Source: a virus (taxonomy: Duplodnaviria; Caudoviricetes). From it: a DNA stretch of 42,706 nt. This document shows positions 16,831-25,580 of the stretch, piece after piece. Each line of letters starts with the position of its first letter. Position 1 is the stretch's first letter. The position numbers and the translations under genes were made by a program. Location of the stretch: positions 1-42,706 of the IMG/VR virus record IMGVR_UViG_3300017747_003026; one strand, written 5' to 3'. The notes under the pieces were generated by a model. That model was not told the origin of the DNA and searched no databases. It worked only from the letters and a program-made list of their open reading frames with translations.

Positions 16831-17742
16831 TTACTCCAGTGAATTGGTCTGCCCGGGCTTGAACCGCTCGGACTGCTTGGCGAACTCGCCCGGTTTCATG
16901 TCGGCGGCGCGCGCGAACTTGGCGCCAACAGCGTCCAGTTCCCTCGTGACCTTCCCACCGCCGCCGAGTGATTCTGTTTGCAAGACGGCCGGCTGCTGGG
17001 CCTGCGTGCCCTTGTATTTGCCGGCCCGGATGGACGCGGCCAAGGCCAAGTCGTAGATGATCGCGGCCACTTCCGGCTTGGCCGAGAGTTCTGGGGGGAC
17101 GATCTCCCACACCTTCGTCAGTTCGCCCCTGTCCACCATGTGGCCGTTGGCGTCCTTGAAGGCCGCGATGTGGTTGAACATGGCATCGCTGGTGCGCTTG
17201 GCGTCGTTCGCCTGGAAGGGCGCTACGGCGGTCTGGGCCGCACGGGCCGCGCGTTCGACCTCGCGGCCGACGATGCGCTGGGCGCGATCGACATCAGGCG
17301 TGCCGTCCGTCTTGTAGAGGTCGAAGTCCTTGGCGTATTCGATCGCCTCGGCGTCGGTCATCGGCTTCGGCGCTTCGGCCGGCGTGGCGGGCTTCTTCGC
17401 CGCCTCCACTAGGTCTGGACGATTCCGCACGGCTTCGATGATCGGGCGGGCCTGCTCGACGTAGCCAGAGAGTTCGTCAAACTGCTTGGCCTTGGCCTGC
17501 GCCTCGGCTAGTTGCGTCTTGAGCGTGGCGGCTTCCTTCTGGGCTTCCTTGCGCTGCGTGCGTTCGGAAATCACGGCCTTGACGGGCGCAAACTGCACGC
17601 CGCCGGTGCCTTCAATGGTCCCGTCCGGTACCGCGTCGTCGTCCGCATCGGCCGCTGGCGGATCTTTCTCCGTGATGCCCACAATCGTGGGGTTCTCCTC
17701 CAGCGACAACGCCCCTGTCGGCAGTCCGTCTTCGTCAGCCAT
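16831..17742 (-). CDS. Capsid scaffolding protein
   Basis: Acidic N-terminus, coiled coil (VISERTQRKEAQKE) and position. Confidence 0.78.
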   Translation of the reverse strand: MADEDGLPTGALSLEENPTIVGITEKDPPAADADDDAVPDGTIEGTGGVQFAPVKAVISERTQRKEAQKEAATLKTQLAEAQAKAKQFDELSGYVEQARPIIEAVRNRPDLVEAAKKPATPAEAPKPMTDAEAIEYAKDFDLYKTDGTPDVDRAQRIVGREVERAARAAQTAVAPFQANDAKRTSDAMFNHIAAFKDANGHMVDRGELTKVWEIVPPELSAKPEVAAIIYDLALAASIRAGKYKGTQAQQPAVLQTESLGGGGKVTRELDAVGAKFARAADMKPGEFAKQSERFKPGQTNSLE

Positions 17743-17744
17743 GG

Positions 17745-18002
17745 TTACTCCAACACCGCGATCAGTTCATCTTCCGTGAGGATGAGGTATCGCTGGCCCT
17801 CATGCTCTAACTCTTGCCCGGCTTCGGGCGGGAACAGCACCACGTCTTCGATCTGCACGTCGCGCACGTCGCCACAGGCCACGATGGTGCCCATCACCGA
17901 GGGCGCGTGGTCTTCAACAATCACGATGCCGCTGGCGTGTTCGGTCACGGACTGGTCTTCCGTGGCCACCAGCACGCGATTGCCGCGCACCGTGAGGCTC
18001 AG
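17745..18002 (-). CDS. groES: GroES-like co-chaperonin (start either CTG 18002 or GTG 17990)
   Basis: GNRVLV, ASGIVIV mobile loop, GTIVACG, DVVLF and YLILTEDELIAVLE. Confidence 0.85.
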   Translation of the reverse strand: MSLTVRGNRVLVATEDQSVTEHASGIVIVEDHAPSVMGTIVACGDVRDVQIEDVVLFPPEAGQELEHEGQRYLILTEDELIAVLE

Positions 18003-18310
18003 AGGCCACCCCGGCGAGATTGCGTCAACGGCGCGGCATCACTATCCGGCTTGGTTTCCGTGCGCTTGAGCGTGTCCAGACGTTCACCAGGCCACCGCAT
18101 GGCCGCCTGAATCTCGCGCTGAGCGGCGATGATCTGGCGCATCTTCGGGAGCGCCGTGGCGTCGTCCTCCTTGGCGATGGCCATGGTTTGGGTCACGAAC
18201 CGTGATCCGCCACCCTCGGAGGTGCCCCACTCGAGCTCGACGCGCTGCTTGAAGCGCTGCCACCCGGGCGAGTTGATCAAAGCGTCGAGGTCTTCGCGTT
18301 CGTCGGTCAC
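17999..18310 (-). CDS. Portal-adjacent small helical protein
   Basis: LDALINSPGW motif; position typical of podoviruses. Confidence 0.7.
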   Translation of the reverse strand: MTDEREDLDALINSPGWQRFKQRVELEWGTSEGGGSRFVTQTMAIAKEDDATALPKMRQIIAAQREIQAAMRWPGERLDTLKRTETKPDSDAAPLTQSRRGGL

Positions 18311-20319
18311 TGCATGCCTCCCGGTGGCGCACCGCCACCCAACATTGCCGCAATCTCAGGCGGCACACCCGGCGGCAAGCCACCCGGAGGCGGCGCACCA
18401 GGCATCCCGGGCGGCATCCCCGGCGCCGGCGGCGGCACTTGCCACTGCACCTCATTCCCGATCCACGCCTGCTTGTCGGGGATGTTGAACAGGCGGAGGA
18501 AGTTCTCCATCGCGGACTTCGCGGCCTGCATGTTCCCGCCGATGATCTGCTGCAGCGCCGGCCACACCTTCATTAAGAGCGCCAGCCCCTGCATGAACTG
18601 GATGTAGTCCCCGCGCATCCGGGCCTTGTCGGCCGTCTCGCTCGAGCCACGCGGCTTGAACCGGAACGTGCCTTCCAGCATGTCGGCCGTGATCGTCGGC
18701 GTGCCCTGCGTCACGTCCCCACCGCGGCCGTCCATCAGGTTCTGCGGCGCCGGCATCCCGGCCTCGCCCTTCTCCTTGAGCGTGGCGATCCAGATGGCCT
18801 GCCGCACCTGCCCGAGTTCTTCCATGGGCTCGAGCAGCGCCTTGATCACGTCGTCCATGCGGACGAACGACTGCTCCGCCACGAGGTTGGTTTCCCCGAG
18901 GGTGCGCGAGGTCTGCGGCGTCATGCCGGCGGCCACGTCATTGATGCCCGCCACCCGTTCCGCGGCCTGGACGATCTCCTGCTCCCGCCGCCACGCGCTT
19001 TCCGGCTGGGGCGGAATCTGCATCGCCTGGACTTCGTTCATGTCCCGGACATCGATCACGGCCTTGGGGCCGAAGGGCTGATCGTCCGGATCCCACAACG
19101 CTCCGCTTAGCCGCTTGATCGGAGCCGAGAGGTTCAGCATGTCCCGATCCGCGCCGGCATTGCGGAACGCCGTGTGGTCCTCGATCACCGTCACCAGCTT
19201 GTGGCCGACGAACGAGTAGCCTTCGTGGCAGCGATCCGTACGCGGGTAGGGCGTGAAGATGACGTAGCGGCCGCGCCCCACGCTGTCGTGCTTCAGGCGC
19301 AGTAACTTCCGCTGGCCGACATGCACCGTGGCGACGTACCACCGCAAGCCCTTCCCGTTCAGGTCCACCAGCAGCTGAACTTCCCAGAGTTCCTTCTGGG
19401 CCTTGTCGTTCTGGCTGGATTCGCCCAGGGGTGAGCCGGACTGCGTGGCCACGGGCACGTTCTGGCCCGAGGGCGACAACTGGGAAGCCACGTCCGGGCT
19501 GTCGGTCAGTTCCTCGACGGCTTTCTTGTCGTAGAGGCCACCCTTCACGCCTTCCTGCAGCGTGTCCCACCGCTTGGTGAACTTCTTGGCGTACCCCCAG
19601 ATGTCGGTCTTCTCGCGCGCGTTGCCGGGCAGCACCAGGAAGTGCTCGTAGTCCAGCACGCGGTAATTGGGTCCGCGGCGGACGCGCTCGGTGCTGTCAA
19701 TCACGGTCGCCGCGGTCGCAATCGTGCCACCCTCATCGTCTTGGACTTCGACGTAGTTGCCCTCGGCGTCCTGCTCGAGCATGGGTTCCAGCGCTTCATC
19801 CAACTGGAACCGGCCATCCGGCGTCATGGCGAGCTTCGCGTTGATCTCCTTGCGGACGGGGCGCTCGGTGGTGTCCTCGTAGGCTTCCAGCACCGAGCGT
19901 GGCTCCACCAACGCTTGGAGCATGATGCGGGACAGAAAGCCTTGCAGGCCTTCCGTCTCGATCGTCCACTGGTGGAAGTCCTCGACGAACGGGGCTTTCG
20001 AGGCCGACGCCCCCCAGCCTTCGACCGTGTAGACCGGATCGACCATGAGCGTCCGCATGATGCGGGCTTTCAAGGCGTCCACCTTCTCAGTGCCGAAGTA
20101 GCTGGTGAGATCCGCGGCGTCCTGCCACGGCGCGAGGCCCTGATCACGCGTACGGGCCTGCTCGTAGAGTTGCCACCAGTAGCGCACGTCTTCAAGGGGC
20201 ACCGTGCGGGCCGCTTCGGCGTTCAGGATCTCGTCACAGAGCCATTGCGTGAACGTGCGGCGCTTCTCGTCGGAGAGCTTCACGTCCCACGCGGTATTGG
20301 CGGGTGCTTGCTTGGCCAT
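18307..20319 (-). CDS. Portal protein
   Basis: 670 aa after the terminase; AERVAGIND and RTLGET motifs; Pro/Gly-rich tail. Confidence 0.85.
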   Translation of the reverse strand: MAKQAPANTAWDVKLSDEKRRTFTQWLCDEILNAEAARTVPLEDVRYWWQLYEQARTRDQGLAPWQDAADLTSYFGTEKVDALKARIMRTLMVDPVYTVEGWGASASKAPFVEDFHQWTIETEGLQGFLSRIMLQALVEPRSVLEAYEDTTERPVRKEINAKLAMTPDGRFQLDEALEPMLEQDAEGNYVEVQDDEGGTIATAATVIDSTERVRRGPNYRVLDYEHFLVLPGNAREKTDIWGYAKKFTKRWDTLQEGVKGGLYDKKAVEELTDSPDVASQLSPSGQNVPVATQSGSPLGESSQNDKAQKELWEVQLLVDLNGKGLRWYVATVHVGQRKLLRLKHDSVGRGRYVIFTPYPRTDRCHEGYSFVGHKLVTVIEDHTAFRNAGADRDMLNLSAPIKRLSGALWDPDDQPFGPKAVIDVRDMNEVQAMQIPPQPESAWRREQEIVQAAERVAGINDVAAGMTPQTSRTLGETNLVAEQSFVRMDDVIKALLEPMEELGQVRQAIWIATLKEKGEAGMPAPQNLMDGRGGDVTQGTPTITADMLEGTFRFKPRGSSETADKARMRGDYIQFMQGLALLMKVWPALQQIIGGNMQAAKSAMENFLRLFNIPDKQAWIGNEVQWQVPPPAPGMPPGMPGAPPPGGLPPGVPPEIAAMLGGGAPPGGMQ

Positions 20320-20322
20320 TCC

Positions 20323-20910
20323 TCAGTCCTTCCGAATCAGGAGCGCGACGTAGCCGAACGGGCGCCCGTTCGCGTTGTTGCGTGTCGGCTTCTCGATCCA
20401 ACCGTTCACGCTGAGATCGGTATAGCCCAACACCTCATGCGGGCCGAACCGCTCGAGCAGGCGCTGATCGTCGTAACACCGGCACTTGGTCCCGATGACC
20501 TGGTAGCCTTCGGGCGTATACGGCACGTCGAAGTAACAGAACCCGCCCGGTCGCAACCAGTCCCGCACCCGCTGGATCGTCTTAATGTCGCCGTGGGGAT
20601 CGAGCGGGTCTGAGTCGTAGTGCCCCAACCCGATATGCTCAATCGCGGAAAGCGACACCACGGCGTCCTTTCGAAAGGCGCACTCCCACGTGAGGATGTC
20701 CGCCTTCACCACGCCCAGCCCTCCGCGCCAATCCACACCGTGGACCGACATCGACGGGTCGGCGTGGCGCGCCCGCTGCACCCAATCGGTATCGTGGGAG
20801 CCAATCTCCAGCACGTCTGGATGCGACACCGCAGGCAACAGGGGGTTGGCGAGCGTGAACAGCTTCAGCCCCGGATCGCCGCCGCCATACACCCACCGCG
20901 ACAGGAACAT
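20323..20910 (-). CDS. Class I SAM-dependent methyltransferase (DUF268-like)
   Basis: VLEIGS, GVDWR, and SLSAIEHIGLGHY..DPLDPHGD...LRPGG. Confidence 0.82.
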   Translation of the reverse strand: MFLSRWVYGGGDPGLKLFTLANPLLPAVSHPDVLEIGSHDTDWVQRARHADPSMSVHGVDWRGGLGVVKADILTWECAFRKDAVVSLSAIEHIGLGHYDSDPLDPHGDIKTIQRVRDWLRPGGFCYFDVPYTPEGYQVIGTKCRCYDDQRLLERFGPHEVLGYTDLSVNGWIEKPTRNNANGRPFGYVALLIRKD

Positions 20911-20996
20911 CAGCAGCCCTTCTTCTTGCCGCCGCCTTTGCCTTTGCCCTTGGGGCGTGGCGTGGTCAACTGGGGAAATGTGCCAGTGGTTTGCAT
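20910..20996 (-). CDS. 28-aa basic micropeptide resembling the capsid N-terminus
   Basis: MQTTGTFPQLTTPRPKGKGKGGGKKKGC; the ATG directly follows the upstream TAA, and TGATG overlaps the next gene. Confidence 0.6.
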   Translation of the reverse strand: MQTTGTFPQLTTPRPKGKGKGGGKKKGC

Positions 20997-21260
20997 TTAC
21001 TTCAGCCTTTCAGTCTTAACCCATCGCCCACCATCGCAGCGCGTGAGGGCGTATGCGTTCTTTAGCGCATCCACGAAGGCTCGCGCTTCCGCTTGCGTGG
21101 CGAACACTTCAATTTGCGGCTCTCCCAGGTCGACAGAAGGGGTAATAATCGTGTCGTCCTTGATTGACATCCATCGAACCAGCCACGTCCCCGCAACCAC
21201 TTGCTCCCGAGTGTCGTTGCTTACAGGGACATCTATCTTTCTAGAGAAAATGAAGCTCAC
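20997..21260 (-). CDS. Hypothetical protein (visibly more AT-rich)
   Basis: GTGA overlap with the terminase stop. Confidence 0.55.
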   Translation of the reverse strand: MSFIFSRKIDVPVSNDTREQVVAGTWLVRWMSIKDDTIITPSVDLGEPQIEVFATQAEARAFVDALKNAYALTRCDGGRWVKTERLK

Positions 21261-22900
21261 AACATCCCTCGGCGGCTGCGGCCGCGTCTCTGTTCACGGT
21301 CGTACTCGTCGGTGTCCTTCTGCGCCCGCCTGAGCGCCAAGGCGTCCTGTCGTTGACGGGTCAGCATCTCCCGCTCGGGCGCGGTCTGATACGCCGCTGC
21401 CGCCTGGATCAACTGCTGGACGCTCGGCGCCAGCGGAATCGCCTCCCCGATCACGGGATACTCAAAGGCGTTCATCAAGTCGTCGTAGCGGGTGCCCTTC
21501 TTGGGCTTGCGGACATTCGGGGCCGCTTCACTCGGGGCCTTGGTGTCCCAGATGTAGCCCGCTTCAAACGCCGTGGCGAGGATGTGCGAGGACTTCTCCA
21601 CCAGCACGCCGTTCTCGCGCACGAGCTCGATGCACGTCGGGTGCAACTGGAACGCCGGGGAGCCATCCGTGGCCTGCCGGAGCATGTAGCCCGCCACCGT
21701 CTGGATCGCCTTGTAGCGGACTTCCGCGTCGTTGCCGTCCCGGTTACTCTGCGAGTCCTTTGCCGGCCGCGCCGGGACGCCCAATTGATGCAGTAGCGTG
21801 ATAGGGGTGAACTGCAGGCCTCCATTGCCCGTCGCGCCGGTCGGGTCACACCAGGACTGGAAGATCGCATCGTGCGGAAACAGCCGGGCGCGGATCTCGA
21901 GCACCTTGGGCGCGAAGAGCTCCAGGAACAACTCCGAGCCTTTCACCGCCCCGAGCACCCGAAGGGCCGCAAGGTGGCGCAGATACTGGAACCACACCAC
22001 GGCGGGCTTCTCTTCGCCAAAGTCCCAGCCCTCGAGGATCGGATAGAACGGCGTGAACCGCACCTTCTGATCGACATGAATGGGCTTCTTGAACGCCTGC
22101 CCATACACCGGCTTGCCGACCAGCGTGACGCCGCGCTTCCCCTCAATCTTGGTGCGCCTGAGCGTGTGGCCTGGGGGATAGTCCGACTCAAAGCCGGCCA
22201 TAACCTGCGGGCCAAGGTTCTGCGCGTTGCTGTAGAGATCGGCGCGAATATGCCGGTGCCCTTCGCGGGTGCAGGTATCACCATCGGCCCCTATTGGGAA
22301 CTCCGTGGCAATCCAGTGGTCATCATCGATGCAGTTGTGAACCAAGACCAGCTTCAGCGGGTAGTTGAACGGCTTGTTGTCGGGGGTGCGGGACTGGCTC
22401 AGGCGCTCCTTGAGGCCCACGTAATTCACGTAGGGCAGTTCCTGCGCCTCTTCCACGATCACGACAGCCAAGGTCTTCCCCTTGTATTTGCTGTCCACGA
22501 GATCGGTTTCGCCCGCCTTGATTGAACTCAGGTAGACCCGAGAACCCGTGTAGACCTTCCCGATCCACTTCCCGTTCGGGAAGTCCCACGCCTGCTCCGA
22601 GGCGTTCCAGACCGGGTGCAAATACTCCGGGAAATTCACACTGACTTTGTTCCAGACGTCCCGCAACTGAATCAGGGATTCATCCTTGTACCGCGAGTAG
22701 AATATTTGAATGCCGGGATACTTGTACGCCAGCTTCCAGATCCAGAACCCCACACCCCACGACTTGGCCGAGCGGGGGGAGCCTTCGACATCGTGGCAGC
22801 GTTCCTCGCGCTCATCGATCGAGTAGATCTCGATCTGGGGGTGCGTCAGGGGCGGGAGCGTCAGGACGACAGCAGCCAGGGCAGCAGCGGCCATCACCAT
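21257..22900 (-). CDS. terL: Terminase large subunit (start may be ATG 22894)
   Basis: Walker A-like GSPRSAKS, Walker B VVIVEEAQE, nuclease GWDFG and DDLMNAFEY. Confidence 0.88.
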   Translation of the reverse strand: MVMAAAALAAVVLTLPPLTHPQIEIYSIDEREERCHDVEGSPRSAKSWGVGFWIWKLAYKYPGIQIFYSRYKDESLIQLRDVWNKVSVNFPEYLHPVWNASEQAWDFPNGKWIGKVYTGSRVYLSSIKAGETDLVDSKYKGKTLAVVIVEEAQELPYVNYVGLKERLSQSRTPDNKPFNYPLKLVLVHNCIDDDHWIATEFPIGADGDTCTREGHRHIRADLYSNAQNLGPQVMAGFESDYPPGHTLRRTKIEGKRGVTLVGKPVYGQAFKKPIHVDQKVRFTPFYPILEGWDFGEEKPAVVWFQYLRHLAALRVLGAVKGSELFLELFAPKVLEIRARLFPHDAIFQSWCDPTGATGNGGLQFTPITLLHQLGVPARPAKDSQSNRDGNDAEVRYKAIQTVAGYMLRQATDGSPAFQLHPTCIELVRENGVLVEKSSHILATAFEAGYIWDTKAPSEAAPNVRKPKKGTRYDDLMNAFEYPVIGEAIPLAPSVQQLIQAAAAYQTAPEREMLTRQRQDALALRRAQKDTDEYDREQRRGRSRRGML

Positions 22901-23004
22901 TTACACCCGCCGTAAACAGTCGCGATATACGCGATCCCAAGCCACAAACACACTCGGAGGGCCGTGTCGACCACATCCCAGCCGTTGGTTGGGTGCTTAC
23001 TCAC
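22894..23004 (-). CDS. 36-aa membrane peptide between terS and terL
   Basis: Manual translation MSKHPTNGWDVVDTALRVCLWLGIAYIATVYGGCKW; GTGA and TGATG overlaps. Confidence 0.5.
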   Translation of the reverse strand: MSKHPTNGWDVVDTALRVCLWLGIAYIATVYGGCKW

Positions 23005-23489
23005 GTCTGATTCTCCGAATTGGGCTGCTCGTTCACCACGAAGGTGATCGCGGGCGGGATCAGATCTCTGCCGTCACTGCCGGTTAGTTCAACCTTCTGC
23101 TGAGCACGACCGAAGACGCGATCCAGCATCGAATCGATCGAGCGGTTGTCTGGATCCTTGGTCTGAAGGTAGTAGTAATCGCCTGTCTCGCCAGGCTCAA
23201 CGCCGTCCAACTGTCCGTCAAGGTACTTGGCAATCTCGGTTGGGTCAGTCACCAGCACGTGCCGGCGTTTCTTTTCCTTACCCTCCCCAACTTCGTCGAT
23301 CCGGAACAGGTAGGAGCGCCCCTCGGCCAATGTGATCTGTGAATTGAACAGCCGGTCGACCGCGCCAAGAATGCGTTGATGGAATGCCGCCTCAATCGCC
23401 CTCTGCTCCACGGTCGACTTATTCAACGACCCGGGCGGACGACCAGCCCGAGCACGCTTCCCGCCGTGGCCGGATGATTTCTTTTTCAA
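23001..23489 (-). CDS. terS: Terminase small subunit
   Basis: HGGKRARAGRPPGSLNK N-terminus, LDRVFGRAQQKVELTG C-terminus; upstream of terL. Confidence 0.8.
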   Translation of the reverse strand: MKKKSSGHGGKRARAGRPPGSLNKSTVEQRAIEAAFHQRILGAVDRLFNSQITLAEGRSYLFRIDEVGEGKEKKRRHVLVTDPTEIAKYLDGQLDGVEPGETGDYYYLQTKDPDNRSIDSMLDRVFGRAQQKVELTGSDGRDLIPPAITFVVNEQPNSENQT

Positions 23490-24526
23490 GAAACTGCCGT
23501 CTCCACACGGTGGCGAGGTGCCATTTTCTGGCCTGAATTCGCGGAAACGAACGACAGCAAATGATCGAAATCGCCGGGCCGGCCGACCATAAACGGCACG
23601 CCGGTCTTGAGGCTCAGGCTCTGCGACAGGTGCAAATGGGCGGGTGAGGTCTGCCCGAACTGGTCATAGAGCGCTACGGTGGGCACCCCCCACCGCATCG
23701 CGCCTTGGGCCATCCCACCGTAGGTGCCGACATACGCGGACGCACGGGCGATGACCGAGGATTGAATAGCGAGGTTGTTCAGCGGGGTCTGTTGCGCCAA
23801 GTCGCTCAGCTTCAACACGTTCGGGATGGTCCCGAGCGCCATATCCGCGTGATCGTCGGCGTGCAGGCCAGAATCCATGAGGATGACCGGCATGCGCTCC
23901 GCGACGGCCGCAACGGCCTTGCGCGTCCACAGCACCAGGTCTTCACGCAGCGGCCACGTCGGACGGGCGTACCAGCGCATGGCGACGAACGTCGCCGGCA
24001 GTTGGGCGGCGAGCTCGGGCGCAATCGGCGGCGCCGGCATCTTCACGGCGTGCAGGAGGTGCCGATCGAGCCAGTTAATGGGCTGCTTGCCCTCCCAGAA
24101 GGGTGCCACCAGGCGATACATCCACGACGGGCTGAGGACGTGATACTTCGCGATGCCAAGGCCGTTGGCCGTCAGGGCGCAGACGTGGCGTTCCCAGGCG
24201 GGTGTGCCGGTCTGCTTAATGGAGCCGGTGCGCTGCGAGGACTGCACGCTGAGGGTGCGCGCCTCGTCCAGGGGCATGCGCTCGTAGAGGTCAGCCGTGC
24301 CCGCCGTGTCGTACCACTGGGCCGATCCCCCTCGGCCAATGGCAATCAAGCGGTCACGGCTGATGCCGTACCGTTCTCGCAGGTTATGGAGAAACGGAAT
24401 CCAGTAAAGAAGCTCGAACCCCACTTCGCTCTGCCAGGGCCCAACAAGGATCGGGCGCCGGCTGGCGGCGAGGTGACGGGCGTAGAGACGCCACTGAAGC
24501 GGGAGAGTGTTGGGGAACACGCGCAT
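23486..24526 (-). CDS. GT-B glycosyltransferase-like protein (GT9-like C-terminal motif)
   Basis: GPWQSEVGFELLYWIPFL and VIARASAYVGTYGGMAQGAMRWGVPTVALY (compare GT9 AxxFVGxDSGxxHxAxAxGVPTVALF); start at MRVF. Confidence 0.65.
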   Translation of the reverse strand: MRVFPNTLPLQWRLYARHLAASRRPILVGPWQSEVGFELLYWIPFLHNLRERYGISRDRLIAIGRGGSAQWYDTAGTADLYERMPLDEARTLSVQSSQRTGSIKQTGTPAWERHVCALTANGLGIAKYHVLSPSWMYRLVAPFWEGKQPINWLDRHLLHAVKMPAPPIAPELAAQLPATFVAMRWYARPTWPLREDLVLWTRKAVAAVAERMPVILMDSGLHADDHADMALGTIPNVLKLSDLAQQTPLNNLAIQSSVIARASAYVGTYGGMAQGAMRWGVPTVALYDQFGQTSPAHLHLSQSLSLKTGVPFMVGRPGDFDHLLSFVSANSGQKMAPRHRVETAVS

Positions 24527-24833
24527 GCGGCCACGTTGATGATCGGACCTGTCGATGACCCGCGTACGGAAACTTCTGCACCCCACGGCAGGCGCGGCAA
24601 AACCACGTCCGGGCATCGTGCGGGCGCCGGCAGTCCACGCAGCGCCCCTCGGCCAGGAGAAGCACATCACGGGCAAAGGCCCGCTGAGCCGCCGTCTCAA
24701 GGCGGCACCGCCGACAGAGGAACCCGGCCCCCTCCACCAGCCGCGGGCACCGATGGCAGCGCCCCGCCGCCGTGCGCTGCTCACGCCACTGGCGCACGCG
24801 ATCGGCTTCCGCTTGGCGCTTCTCGGGGCTCAC
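24384..24833 (-). CDS. Cys-rich zinc-finger protein
   Basis: Four CxxC pairs; GTGA-coupled start; 3' end overlaps the GT gene. Confidence 0.55.
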   Translation of the reverse strand: MSPEKRQAEADRVRQWREQRTAAGRCHRCPRLVEGAGFLCRRCRLETAAQRAFARDVLLLAEGRCVDCRRPHDARTWFCRACRGVQKFPYAGHRQVRSSTWPHARVPQHSPASVASLRPSPRRQPAPDPCWALAERSGVRASLLDSVSP

Positions 24834-25129
24834 GGGATGATGGCGCCCTCTCGCTGCTGGCGGCAGAAATTGGCTAGCTCAAGGAGTGAGTCTGCGCCCC
24901 ACATCTCTTTCGCATACTCGGCGCGTCGTCGGGCTTCCTGCTCCACCAGGGCGAACGCCTCCCGCTGGGCCTCGGCATGCCCGGCGGCAGCGAATATGTC
25001 TAGGCTGTCGAACAACTTACGGCCCGCGTCATGGGTGGCCGTGCTGTGTCGATCCGCAATCAAGGCGCGTTCAAAATCGTAGATCGCATCCTTGACGGCT
25101 TCCTTGGCCTGTTCGAGGGTGTCGCTCAT
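24830..25129 (-). CDS. Hypothetical protein
   Basis: AAGGAG RBS and compact packing. Confidence 0.65.
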   Translation of the reverse strand: MSDTLEQAKEAVKDAIYDFERALIADRHSTATHDAGRKLFDSLDIFAAAGHAEAQREAFALVEQEARRRAEYAKEMWGADSLLELANFCRQQREGAIIP

Positions 25130-25138
25130 GAGGGCTCC

Positions 25139-25576
25139 TTAGTGGAAGTCAACAGCTTCACCTTTCGCGGCGGCGTCACGAAGCCCGTTAATGAATTGCT
25201 GCGTCTTGTCGCGGTAGTTGCCGACATGCCCACCGCCGTCACCGTCGAGCAGCGGCAGTAATTGCTCCAGCCGATCCGCGAGCGGGGCGCACATATCGGC
25301 CTGAATCTCGCCCTCACAGTCCGAATGCGCCAGCAGCACGATCAGCGCGTCCGGAGTGCCGTCAGGGCGCACGGGGATGCAGGGCCACGTCCCCGAGAGA
25401 AGATCATCGCCGAGTATGGCGTTGATGCTGCCCCAATCCAGGCACGCCGTCTCGTAAATCGGTGGATCACCAGCCTTGAAGAATGTGTAGCCAGCGACCT
25501 CGGCTAGCTTGTTCCGCCATCGGCTAAAGGCCGAGTACGCGCCGTGCCAACACTTGTGCGACGTATCTAATCCCAT
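25139..25576 (-). CDS. Conserved phage hypothetical protein
   Basis: MGLD...YSAFSRWR...LLAHSDCEGEI pattern that is common in phages. Confidence 0.7.
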   Translation of the reverse strand: MGLDTSHKCWHGAYSAFSRWRNKLAEVAGYTFFKAGDPPIYETACLDWGSINAILGDDLLSGTWPCIPVRPDGTPDALIVLLAHSDCEGEIQADMCAPLADRLEQLLPLLDGDGGGHVGNYRDKTQQFINGLRDAAAKGEAVDFH

Positions 25577-25580
25577 CGGT

